Part shown: positions 1 to 11,969 of the stretch, in pieces
Layout: each line of letters starts with the position of its first letter
Numbering within the stretch: position 1 is the stretch's first letter
Assembly (NCBI RefSeq): GCF_004010195.1
Contig: NC_057719.1
Span: forward strand, 39,968,872-40,032,871
Direction of reading: 5' to 3'
Length of the DNA: 64,000 nucleotides
DNA from: Chiloscyllium plagiosum
Taxonomy: Eukaryota
Notes under the pieces: model-generated
What the model saw: the letters and a program-made list of their open reading frames with translations, nothing else
Database searches by the model: none
What the model was told of the DNA's origin: nothing
Program-made: the position numbers and the translations under genes

Positions 1-1714
1 GTCAAGACCATATAAGATATAATAGAATCAGAATATGTACTATTTCATTAAAATGATAACTTGTTAAAAAAAAAATTCAAGCTGGTGGAGGTGTTTAAAG
101 ATGTAATAGTAGATGGGGAAAAAGAATATTTCCATTGATTGGTGGGTTTGACATATTGTGTAAAAGATTGGATTTCTTATGTTCAAATCACTGGAATGGG
201 GCTTCTGTCCACTCACCTAAGAGGCTAATGCTTTGATAATTATGGAACATAAGGTTTTGATTTAGGTTAATCTTAAATTTATGTTGTCCAGTCATGCAGC
301 TGCATTGGCTACAAGCAGTTCACAGGTTGAGTGTTCTGCAACAAGTAATACCTGACTATCCAAAGCTGTTGTACCATCTACAAAGAACGTGTGAGTAGTA
401 CATTGGAATCTTTTCCACAAACTTGGCAGCTCCAACACAAGGAGTTTGTCACCCTCTAGGACATAGCATTCAAATATAATGATAAATGTTCACCACTTCA
501 ACCACTGTACCAGCCTGACTGTAGTGTGCCACCATTGATACTTCACAGCAACTCACGATGGCTTTTTCAACAGTACCTTTTGTACCTGTGATCATTAATG
601 CATGGAGGGGGAAGGGAAACAATGACATTGGAACTGAAATAACTACACATAGGCCAGTATTCCTGTTACCAAGTCACCCTTTGTTTACTTGTACACAGTA
701 CACTGGCTGTGGCCAGCCAGCTTAGAGTCAGTCCCCTGAACTGAGGGGATACCAAATCCCTGTTTATATTTTTTTCTCTAACAGGGGTAGTACTTATTTT
801 TCCCCAGCACTCCAGTTTTGTGTGTTTGTAGGTGTAAGACACAGTAAATGAACAAGTGCATAAAACTTTATTCATAATCCCCCACCAGGAAGAAAGAAAA
901 CACCTGGATGGCATTGCCGCCCTCCCATGTTTGTTTTTGTTTCTAACTGAGAAGATTCTAATCTTCTGGTTATTTTTTTTCCTCTTTTTTTCTCCCACAC
1001 TACTACCTAACAGTGGTAGTGCTTATTTTTCCCCAGCACACATGTTATGTGTGCAGATGTAGGACACAGTATATGAACAATGAGTACATAAATCTTTATT
1101 CATTGTCCACCACCAGGAAGGAAAGAAATACCCGAGTGGCCAGTGACCAGCAATGCCCTTCTCATCAAAGAGGAATGCTGTGTGATCAGGAGGTGAAGGT
1201 GGGGTGGGGTGCAGGGACTAAATCAAAATAGAGTCAGAGGGGGCAATAAAGCACTCCACACCCTGCGGTGTCCACCTCTCCCTTAAAACCTCAAGAGTGT
1301 CGGTAGACAGTGTGCTCCTCCTTCAGGGGCATCCAGGTTCAAATGTAAGCGCGCAAGAGGGGCAGGCAATCTGCCCTAAGGCCTCCCACTGCACGGCCAG
1401 CTGCCTGGACCGGTTTATGGCCAGTTTGGCCAGGCCCAGAAACAGATCCATGAGGAGGTCCTCTGACCTGCCTTTCTTCCCTCTGCACCTGGTGCCTGAA
1501 GATCAGGAGTGTGGGGCTTAAGTCTAACCAAAAGCAGAGGAGAAGGTTTTTCAGAAAACTAAAAAGGGAGTGCAAGTGCCCACACTCAATATATACATTG
1601 TACATGGACTCCATCCACTGTTTATTTATTTTTTCTTAACAAGCGTGTAAATCTTTATTTATATTCCACCACCAAGAAGCAAGGAAACACCTGAGTGGCC
1701 AGTGACAAGCAATA

Positions 1715-1925
1715 GAGATGGAAATGTGTTGCTGGAAAAGCGCAGCAGGTCAGGCAGCATCGAGGGAACGGGAGAATCGACGTTTCGGGCATTAGCCCTT
1801 CTTCAGGCTAATGCCCGAAACGTCGATTCTCCTGTTCCCTAGATGCTGCCTGACCTGCTGCGCTTTTCCAGCAACACATTTCCATCTCTGATCTCCAGCA
1901 TCTGCAGACCTCACTTTCTCCTCAC
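1715..1925. mobile_element. Palindromic Penelope-type terminal-repeat insert nested in a Tx1 unit
   Basis: ~85-bp inverted arms; TGACAAGCAATA duplicated at 1703-1714 and 1926-1937; CTGAAGA...CGAAACGTC core on the minus strand. Confidence 0.8.
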
Positions 1926-3594
1926 TGACAAGCAATACCCTTCTCGACAAAGGGGAATGTTGTGTGATCAAAAAAGTTAAGGGGAGTGCAGGGATTAAAT
2001 CAAAATAGAGATGGAGGGGGTATAAAACACCCACTCCCTGCGGTGACCACCTCTCCCTGAAAACCTCACGGGTGTTTGTAGACACTGCATGCTTCCTCTC
2101 CAGGGACACCCAGGCAGGGACATAACTATGGAAGAGGAACAGGCAATTGGCCCTAACGACCCCCTCCAATGCCCACTGCATTTATGGCCAGTTTGACCAG
2201 GCCCAGGAGTAGACCCATGAGGAGGTCCTTTGACCTAGCGTCCCCCCTCCTCCGCACCGGGAGCCCAAAGTTCAGGAGCGTAGGGCTGAAGTGCAACCAA
2301 AAACAGAGGATAATGTTTTCAAGAAAATCAAAAAGGGACTGTAAATGTCCACACCCTATATATATATATACATGGTCCATAGACTCTATCCACTTTTTTT
2401 TCCACACTACCGCCTAACAGCAGTACATCCCTGTTTATATTTGTTCTCATTTAAAAAAAAATCAGACCCCATTAAAAAGGAATACCAGTTAACTGACTAT
2501 ATAATACAGCAATCAGATCCTCCCCCAAAAAAGCGGAACCCAACAGCAGCAGTAACACGTTGACTGTGGTCCGGCTAGCTCAGAGTCAGTCTCCTGAACT
2601 GAGGAGATTCTAAATCTCTTGTTAACGTTTTGTTTTCCCTTTTCTTTCTTCCAAACTAAGACAATTCTAATCTCCTGTTAATTTTTTTTTGTGCTTATAT
2701 TTTCCCCAGCACCCATGTGTGTGTGTAGGTGTGAAACACAGTGAAAAACAGCAGGTGTACAAATCTTTATTCAATTCACACCACCAGGAACAAAGGAAAC
2801 ACTTGAGTGGCCAGTGACAAGCAATGCTCTTTTCATCAAAGGGCCATGCTGCGTTATCAAACAAGTGAAGGGGAGGGCAGGGATTTAATCAGAGTTGGAG
2901 GGGGGAAATGAAACACTCCACTCCCTGCAGTGCCCACCTCTCCCTGAACAGCGCAAGGGTGTTAGTAGACACTGCAAGTTCCTCCAGGGACACCCGGGCG
3001 TGGACATAGCTGCGGAAGATGGGCAGGCAATCGACCATAACGACCTCCTCCACGGATTGCTGCCTGGATCTGTTTGTGGCCAGTTTGGCCAGGCCCAGGA
3101 GCAGACCCATGGGGACATCCTTTGACCTACTTTCCTCCCTCCACACTGGGTGCCCAAAGATCAGGAGCATGGGGCTGAAGTGCAACCAGAAAGAGGAGAA
3201 GGTTTTTAAGAAAATCAAAAAGGGGGTATAAATGCCCACACCCAATATATACATGGTCTATGGACTCGATGCCTTGTTTACTTTTTCCACACTGCTGCCT
3301 AACAGCAGTACATCCCCTGTTTACTTTTTTTCTCAGTGAGCTGGTTGTCTGACACTTATGTTTTTTCCCTTTCTTCCACCAGAAAGTAGTAGTGTCATGT
3401 TGGGCATGTGTCGGACATAGTGAAAAACAAGTGTGTAAATCTTTATTTATATTCCAGTGCAAGGAAGAAAGGAAACACCTGAGTGCCCTTCTCCAGGGAC
3501 ACCTGGGCCATCCCCTGTTTGTAGTGTCTCTGCCTCAGTCAGTGTAACTGAGATTGTGAATTAAATATTGTGTCTCTGCCCCAGTCAGTATATT

Positions 3595-3891
3595 TTAGAT
3601 TACATTTCCTACAATGTGGAAACAGGCCCTTTGGCCCAACAAGTCCCACACCGACCTTCCGAAGAGCAACCCACCCAGACCCATTTGCCTCTAACTAATA
3701 CTCCTAACACTAAGTGAATTGGCCATGTTAATTTGCCCAGACCTGCACATCTTTTGGACTGTAGGAGGAAACTGGAGCACCCGGAGGAAACCCACGCAGA
3801 CACTGGTAGAATGTGCAAACTCCACATAGACAGTCGCCCGAAGCTGGGTCCCTGGCGTTGTGAGGCAGCAGTGCTAGCCACTGTGATGCCT
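3595..3891 (-). mobile_element. tRNA-derived HE1-like V-SINE nested in the Tx1 array
   Basis: tRNA-like head, GTGGAGTTTGCACATTCT core, AATCT tail. Confidence 0.85.
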
Positions 3892-5439
3892 CATTCCCTG
3901 TTTATATTTTTTCTTCTTTTTCTTTTTTTTTCCTAAGGTGATTCTAATTTCCTGTTTTTTCTTCTCCCTTATCCCCACACTATTGCCTAAATGTGGTTGT
4001 GCTTATATTTTCCCCAGCACCCATGTTGTGTGTGTGTGCAGGTGTGAGACACAGTGAAAAGACAAACAGATGTACCAATCTTTATTCAATTCCCACCACC
4101 TGGAAGAAAGGAAACACCCGAGTGGCCAGTGACAAGCAATGCCCTTCACATCAAAGGGCAATGCTGCGTGATGAAAAAAGTGAAGGGAAGGGTCGGGATT
4201 AAATCAAAATAGAGTTGGGGGTGGGGGGGGAATAAAACACTCCAATCCCTGCGGTGTCCACCTTTCCCTGAACAGCTCGAGGGAGTTGGTAGATACCACG
4301 TGTTCCTTCTCCCAGGACACTCTGGCTCGCCCAAAGATCAGGAACGTAGGACTGAAGTGCAACCAGAAACAGAGGAAGGTTCATCCTGTTTATTTTTCTT
4401 TCTTTTTTTAAGAAGAAGAAACAAATACTTCAAAATAAACTCCTCCTCAATGGGAAGACACCAACAGAATCTGTCTCCTTTTTAATGCAAGAAGAAAAAA
4501 AAAGCAGAGCCCTTCACTCACACTGATCCAGCTCCCTCAGACAGCTCTGAGTGAACAGGATGTCTGACACTCCTGTTCTTTTTTTACTCATTTTTTTTCT
4601 TTTCCCCAGCACCCATGTGTGTGTGTGCAGGTGTGAGACACAGTGAAAGACACAAGGTGTACAAATCTTTATTCAATTTCCATCACCAGGAAGAAAGGAA
4701 ATACCCAAGTGGCCAGTGACCAACAGTGCCCTCCTAAGAGGGCAATACTGCGTGATCAAACAGTGAAGGGAAGAGCAGGAATTACATCAAAATAGAGGAG
4801 GAAAGAAAGCACTCCATTCCCTGCGGTGCCCACCTCTCCCTGAACAGCCTGAGGGAGTAGGTAGATACCACGTGCTCCTTCTCCCAGGACACCTGAGCTC
4901 GTCCAAAGATCAGGAGCGTAAGTCTGAAGTGCAACCAGAAATAGAAGAAAGTTCATCCCCTATTTATTTTTTCTTCTTTTCCAGCACCCATGTTGCATCC
5001 CCTGTTTATATTGGTCAGCCAGTCCTCCTTGATAGTCCCAGATTAACAACCCTAATCAAGGACCTCATAGTCATCAAGCTCTACCTGATTCCAATCACTA
5101 CATGAATAAAAGCCAGTCTCTCCATGTTGACTCAAAAATATATTGTTGCTGAATCAAAATAGAGCAGACTATGGGTGTATCAACACCATGTGCGGGCCAC
5201 ATTCCATGAGCAAATAAAAAAAAAAAGTAAAAGATTACAAAGGGACAAATTTAAAAAGTAAAGGAGTTAGAAGTGATGTTTTATATGCAGCAACTTATTA
5301 GAATGTGGAATACCCTACCAAAACCATTAATCAAAACAATATTCTTAAATTACTTTTATCAGGGAAGTCGATTTACCTATATCTAACTTGGGAACGCTTG
5401 TACTCTCAAATGTGATTCCATACAGGGGTGTAATTTTAA

Positions 5440-5535
5440 AGAGTTGTAAAATGTGGTGCTGGAAAAACACAGCAGGCCAGGCAGCATCCGAGGAGCAGGG
5501 GAATCGACGTTTTGGGCATAAGCCCTTCTTCAGTA
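5440..5535. mobile_element. Single-arm Penelope-type terminal repeat
   Basis: Same sequence as the left arm of 1715-1925. Confidence 0.7.
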
Positions 5536-8064
5536 ATTTTAAAGATGTGACATATGAACATTTCATGTACTTTATATTGTCTTGCATTGTGTAGTGACTT
5601 GCATACAAATCGACTTTCAAATGGACTCCAGAGTGGAACCCGCTCACAACCCGTGGACTGTCTGCAAATATTTGAGAACAATATATTTTGCATATGGATG
5701 GGTATGGTGGATTGTTATTTTTGAGTGCTAGTGAAAATATAAAGAAATGTAACATCTATAATTTCATAACTTGTGATCAGGATCAACTGTTTTCTTTCTT
5801 CATAGCCCGCAAACTCCTGAAGACTGTACTCAAACTGTTGCCACAGCTGAGATCAGCTATACAAAGTTTAAGTAACAAGACTTCATATCCCATATTCTAT
5901 TTAAAAAAACCTGTTTCTAAAAAGCACTTAGCTTACGTAGAAAAGTCATATAAAAAAGACATAACACTCACCTGAAGATAATGGGTGAGATATACTTGTT
6001 ATATATCTGACTGAGAAGTTGCTGTATTTAGACTGAGAGCCTTGTTTAATCCTTATTGTCATGTACAGAATCCAAGATAATTAATTACTGCTTACTTTTA
6101 TTTGTTTGAATACTTTGGTTAATAGGAAAATTGATATTTATTAGACAATATAATCATTTATTTCAAATGTAATTGGTTTTAGGCATAGTAACAAGGTCCA
6201 GTTAAAGGGAGATCATTCAATATTTCTTTGAAGTCTGGCATCTAATCAGCAATACCAAATTTACAACTTAAATTCTTGGGTTGATGGCATGACCCCCAAG
6301 GTCAGCTACATTTGCCCATTCCTAGTTGACCTGAGAAGGTAGTAGTGGGCCTTTATAAAAATACTTTTACTGAGCTGACTGGGTTGTTAAGCCATGTTGG
6401 TGTCAGAGTGGAGGCATTTACATAGTGGGAGAATGATAGTAGGTTTCCTTCCCTAAAAGGTTGAATGAACGTTTGCTTTATGTTGAGACCAACTTTTTTA
6501 TTTACATATTCATAAGTTCAAATTGTGGTAGTATTTGAACTCCGTTTAGATTATTTATTCAGGCTTCTGGATTATTAGTTTGGTAATGTCACAGCAACAC
6601 GACAGTTACGTCAAATTTGATGCACAAAACAATTATGTTTCAGTGTTCTAGAATATCAGGTAAAGATATAGTGACCTAATTACTCAAGCCTAAATACTCA
6701 AGCTCTAGCTTTTTTGCAACTAAATATTGCAAATGAATTTGAAAAGCTTTACAGTGTAACTGTAACATGGAATAGATCAATTTTAAAAATAAGTCTCAAA
6801 GTCATTGGGGGGAAAAAGTATTTTGCAGTATTTCCCTTGTTTAATCTATATTAAAAGCAAAATTAGATGTTGCTGATTAATGGCTTGAAATGGCTATCGA
6901 ATTCAGTTACACAGGGCAGCTAAATTAATATGAACAGTTGAGATTGGTAATTCAAATGCTAGATGGTCTGAATCGTATCTCTGCACCTGAAAGCTTAGAA
7001 ATAACATTTACAGAACAAAAAAAAAATCATATTTAAATAATGTTAACAGATTAAAATTTTAAAATTGCTTCCAGTGTTCCCATAAATACAATTGATGAAT
7101 TTTAGTTTGATATGTGCATGATGTGTTCTTTCCCATGAAGAATTAGTGCTACATGCTTTACTGCTGCATTGTTTAAACCTTTCCTGTAATCATAAAACAA
7201 TAAGGCATTCATCTGAAAGATATGATGCAACAAGTCAAGTACATTGTTGTTTTCTTCTCTCACTCCTGTAATTAAAAGTTGTCTTAGAACCAGGAGTTTT
7301 AGCTTTAGCAGATATTAACATTGCTCCAAAGTTGAAACAACAGAAGTTTGGAACTAACAATGCACTGATCTGCGACATGGTATCGGGATAGTTAGCTTCT
7401 TCAAGCCAGTACGTTTACTTTGTTCTCCCCCACCTACCTCATTTTGATGCCATTCATATTTGCCTTATAAAAATGAACTGATGTCTTGAATAGTTAATAT
7501 TGATCACAATTTGTGATATTTGATTTGCTGTGTGAATGAAGATTCCACAGGTTGTTAAGCAATCAGTGTTGTTGGTTTCACAAAGTGCTTAGGTAAAATC
7601 TTGTGTAATTATTTGGTAACCTCTATACTGAAATATTTATTTGTGCAATATTGCTTTTAATTATGCATCTTTATTCTTCGATTGAGAACAAACACAAATA
7701 TTTTTATTTCCTAACTTTTGATTGTTGCAATTTGTAATATATTTTGCATTTTTTTTTATCCAAGGTTGAAGATGGGGTAACTAATTGAGTATTTCTGAGA
7801 GATTCATTTAACTTGCCATTGTTTAAAATAGGCAAGCAGTAAGTAAGAAAGAAAATCCTTGTGAATGCTTTTAAGATTGATGTTGTATTCTTGAGCAAAA
7901 CAAAAAAGCTGGTCCTTTTATACACCAGCTCTGAGCATTTGAAAATGCTGAATTTAAACTTTAACCAAGAAAATAAAACTGTGCAATGAAATATGTAATA
8001 TTCATGGGTATATGCTGTATGAAAGTTTACTTGTGAATTTTTCTCGCTCTTTTATAAATTGCAG

Positions 8065-8154
8065 CAACGAAATAATTGTTTGACAGAATCCAGAAGTCTG
8101 AGTGTCAGCCATAACGACCTGACACACTGTGGATCAACATTTGGAATGAACTAG
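8065..8154 (+). CDS. KLC1: Kinesin light chain 1, terminal coding exon of a long isoform (QRNNCLTESRSLSVSHNDLTHCGSTFGMN*); the rest of the gene lies left of the window
   Basis: TTGCAG acceptor. Similar to the recalled mammalian KLC1 C-terminus RNNCLADSRALSASHTDLAH. Position and strand match KLC1-XRCC3 synteny. Confidence 0.82.
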   Translation, partial: QRNNCLTESRSLSVSHNDLTHCGSTFGMN

Positions 8155-10165
8155 ACCCTCCATTTGGAAGAAATAGAATCCTCATTGCTGGAATTTCTTA
8201 TCACTTTCCAAATTAAAATCTCAAAATATTCTACTGTACAAATTCACCGGATGTTTCTGATACTGTTGTAGAACATAAACTATACCGTCTTATATTGTGA
8301 ATTGTTGTGATGCAATAAGAGTTTAAAAAAATACACAATGCCAATAGCATCAAAGAAAATTTGTTTTAAAGAACAAAATAAAAATGCCACAGCTGAGCTG
8401 GTTTTAGATATGTGGGTAGAAACTACTTTTGTGATACCTTTTTAGTATGACTTAATTTGTACAGCTGAATTTATCCTTCCTTATTTTAAAATAAGGTCTC
8501 ATACAAACCACTTTATCAGCTATATTCAATAAAGGCCACTTTACCTTTTTGGCATCTCATGTAGCTCATATGTACCATATGTTTGTCATTAAATAATTGA
8601 GTAGTCTGGTATATCAAATAATGTGTTAGTGAAGTCAACAGATCATTAATAAATAAATACTATCTAAAAGAGAATTCTGAGGTACTTTGTACAATGTCCC
8701 AATTCTTTGATTGAAGATATACCATGAACTTGCACTATATAATCCCTAGAATCAGAAACAATGCTGCTAATGTATGTGGAGGTCACTTTTATTGCAAAAT
8801 TGTTTTTATAATACCTCAATCAGCTATCCAACATCATGTTACAAAATCAATAACTGAATGAAAAAGAACACCAGACTTGGTCTTATTTACTAACCAGATT
8901 ACTTAGACTGAGAATTGTGGAACAGTTATGCTTGAATCATCTTAGATGAAAGAAAAAAATAGAATTGAACTAGATCTTAAGTAGTTTTTTTCTTAAATTA
9001 GCATGCTGTTTCAAAGAACTAAACATGATACATTTTTGAAATTACAGATGTATATACAGGAATGTTAATTTGGTGATGGCCAGGACAGCAGAAAATGATC
9101 AGATTACACAGACATTTTGAAATTTACAAATTGAAGGCCTTTATAGATAACTTCATCTATCATTGTCTGATTGTTTTGCACTTGTGTATATATTTAGCCT
9201 GTCCCATGTGTGATAATTTTATGTCCTTTTTGGGCAGTACCTGGAGTACTACTTGTCTGCTTTCAGAGTGATTTTATAAAGCATGTTTTGTCTGTTTTTA
9301 CTTGTATATTTGTGTACTAACAGATGTATTTGCACATATTAAAAATGAGGATGATGAAAAGTGGGATTACATTTGAAGATTTAAATCATGCCAGTTTGTA
9401 AAAATAGAATACACAGAAGACATTAGGTATTTAGATGCCTATGACATTAAAAGTTTTACATGTGGTTCTACAAACACTTGTGAATTTTTAATGAGTACAG
9501 CAGCTGTTAAGTGTTACAAGTTGAATTCTGACTACATTAGTTAGATTCAGTGCAATATAGCAAAACAATGGAAAAAGATGTTTGTTCAGGCTACTAAAAT
9601 TAATATCAATTGTAGCTGCAAATAAATTATTTACAAATTTTGCAGATTTGCAAATTTATTTAATACATTTATTCCAAGCTGCAGCCTTTAATCCCTAAAT
9701 GAACTATATGCCACCTCAAGTTAATGCAGTAAAATTGGATTTAACAGTTCAAAAGTGCTGTGATTACAAGACCAATTAAGAGGACAGTGATTTTTGCAGA
9801 TAGTCCATTTTAATGATGGGAGAGAGGGTGTTTAATAAGCTTAGCTAATGAGTTTGCATCCAGTTAACAAGCATTTAATTGTATATTGCACTTTAACTAA
9901 GACTAGCCTGTGTAGCCTTGATATTGCATGTAATGTTTTGACATAACTCACCTGGAAAAGTTCAGAGTGCTACGAGTAAGCAAGTATGTTGTTCAGAATT
10001 GAATATACTGTATTACTGTCGTAAATTTTCTTAGAACTGAAGACTTTTGCATTGTTATACTAGTTAAATTTGGCCTATGTTACAATATTTATGTCCAAAA
10101 TGTATGAAATTTGTGTTTTTGTGAAATAAGTAGTGAGAAATAAAAATTTAAAAAACAAACCTTTG
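8155..10165 (+). other. KLC1: Probable KLC1 3' UTR
   Basis: About 2 kb of AT-rich sequence without recognisable repeats after the stop, with several AATAAA, the last at 10139-10144. The end is approximate. Confidence 0.55.
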
Positions 10166-11969
10166 TATAAACTTAATGAACAAAGTGTCGCTGAAAGCAA
10201 GCAAATGGTAAGTCATTTTATTCATACTTGTTGGATAGAGGTTTATAACCAAGTCATCTTAATTGTTTAATCTGTAATTTTTCATTTTCTACTTGTATCT
10301 GTTGTTAACACTCATTATTTAAGATATAATTTATTTTAACTGTATTCTGTCACTTCTGTTAACTCTCCTCACACTTCAATCCTATTTTAGCTCATTTGCT
10401 GCCGAAGCCCTCATCCATGCCTTAGTACCTACAAGATCTCACCATGCTAACATTTTCCTGGTCTCTCTCATTCTATCCTTTGTAAACATGAAACTGTCTA
10501 AAATTTAGCTGCCCACATCTTGCAGTGTCACATTTCTGTATCACCTATGAGCTGACTGACGACTTCACAGCAACATCCTGTTAGGGAACATCACTCCTGT
10601 TGTTACTACATATCAGCACCATGAAACAGTTAGCTTCACCTGTTGCTCAAAGTTTTGAAATGTCAATGTAATCTGAAGTAGACTGTGCCCTTTTCAAAAT
10701 CAATAGTGATAGCCTCAGGGCCTGTCACAAGATTGCACAATATCCAGCTAGTGATTATCTGATCAGAGTAAGCCATTATCCTGAAGGATGGCTTTGATGT
10801 GCCCAATTTCAGATTTAGAAGTTAAACCAATGGCTGAGGCTAAATATAAAGGGTTGCCAATAAAGCCAATCTCATTGTGCCTGCAATTGTAGGAATTCCA
10901 ATGTGAACTGACAACTGATTAGATTTGTGTGGACAGTCGTAGAGAAATCCTTTGTTGATTTTCCAACCAGGGCGTAGAGGAAAAGGAACTTCTTTAATTG
11001 TTCCATTTCAAATTTGAATTTAAGCACAGGATGGAGCCCATTAAGAAAGAAGGAAATTCTTGGGAGTGCAACTGCTGATCCAAATATGGTAAATGTATAA
11101 TCTGCATGACAGAGATATGCAATAGTAGGTGGTTAGCTGTCCTTTCATTTCAGTCATACTTCCCATGGAATCCAACAAAGACATTTACAAGCTCTGGGCC
11201 CAGGAGGGATCCAATGGCAACACCAGTCATTTGAATATTTGCTGTGTCATTAATACTGAACTCAACTGCAAATTTACTGAGTTCTTAAGTTCAGCAAATA
11301 CCCAGTTTTCACAACAAAAGGTCTAGATCACCATGATTTATTGCTGCAATACAGGTAAATATGGCTTCCTTGAGTGATACGTGGTAAATGGCTAGTAACA
11401 TCGAATGAATGCATGGGCACGGCATTGCTATTGATATGCCTGGCAATTTTTAAAAAATCATTCATGGTGCATTTTTCCTGCCAGCGTCTCGACCAATCAT
11501 TCCACTCGTCAATCAACAGTCTCCTCTCATGCAATATAATATTGATTTTCTCCTTGAATTGGTATCTCTTACAAATTATCCTGATGAATCCAAGATAAGA
11601 AGCTTTGACAACATTTCTTTATACAGCAAACCTCATGTTCTGGATTAGTATTGTCGTCCAACCTGGTTGTCAAATCTTTCTGTTCCATGGCTCATCCCTA
11701 CCTCTGCACTCTTGACTAACCTCATAACCCAAGAGAAAGCTGTGCTTTTCTAATTCTAACCACTGTGTTCTCTACCATTGGTGGGCATGTCTATGGCTAC
11801 CTTGGTCCAAGCACTGGAACTTCTTCAAAACACTTATTTTCATAGAGCTACACAGAATTGCATGGAAGGAACAAGCAAAGCCTTAGTATTCCAGTAATTT
11901 ATAATAAAACCATCCATTGTTCCTTAGTAACAACGTATATTTTTACTAAGGAACAGATTAGATGCCAAC

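Larger units (their letters stand above)
775..4995 (-). mobile_element. Head-to-tail array of 5'-truncated Tx1-clade non-LTR retrotransposon 3' ends (units ~779-912, 995-1612, 1640-2390, 2690-3270, 3380-3508, 3975-4381, 4600-4952, plus very short ones)
   Basis: ORFs 1339..1614, 1792..2181, 2153..2407 and 2889..3254 encode ESMDHVYIECGHL (end of a CCHC knuckle) and LLLGLAKLAINRSRQ...FRSYVxARVSLE...FRERW, resembling the Tx1 ORF2 C-terminus. Units share a 3' UTR with AATAAAGATTT and poly(A) tails. Confidence 0.8.
635..5102 (-). mobile_element. Solo-LTR-like element (halves ~635-770 and ~4996-5102) interrupted by the Tx1 array
   Basis: On the minus strand it reads TGTAGTGATTGG...AATATAAACAGGGGATG [array] ...GTAAACAAAGGGTGACTTGG...TTATTTCA. 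It has TG..CA ends, a TATA-like box and a degenerate polyA-like signal. There is no clean TSD (ggaac vs tgaat). Confidence 0.6.

Noticed and set aside
630..634. TSD for the interrupted LTR (GGAAC vs TGAAT at 5103-5107)
   Set aside because: Only 3 of 5 bases match, so it is not used as evidence.
7288..7391. Open stretch after TTAG (EPGVLALADINIAPKLKQQKF...) as an alternative KLC1 exon
   Set aside because: No similarity that I can recognise and a weak acceptor context; needs RNA-seq.
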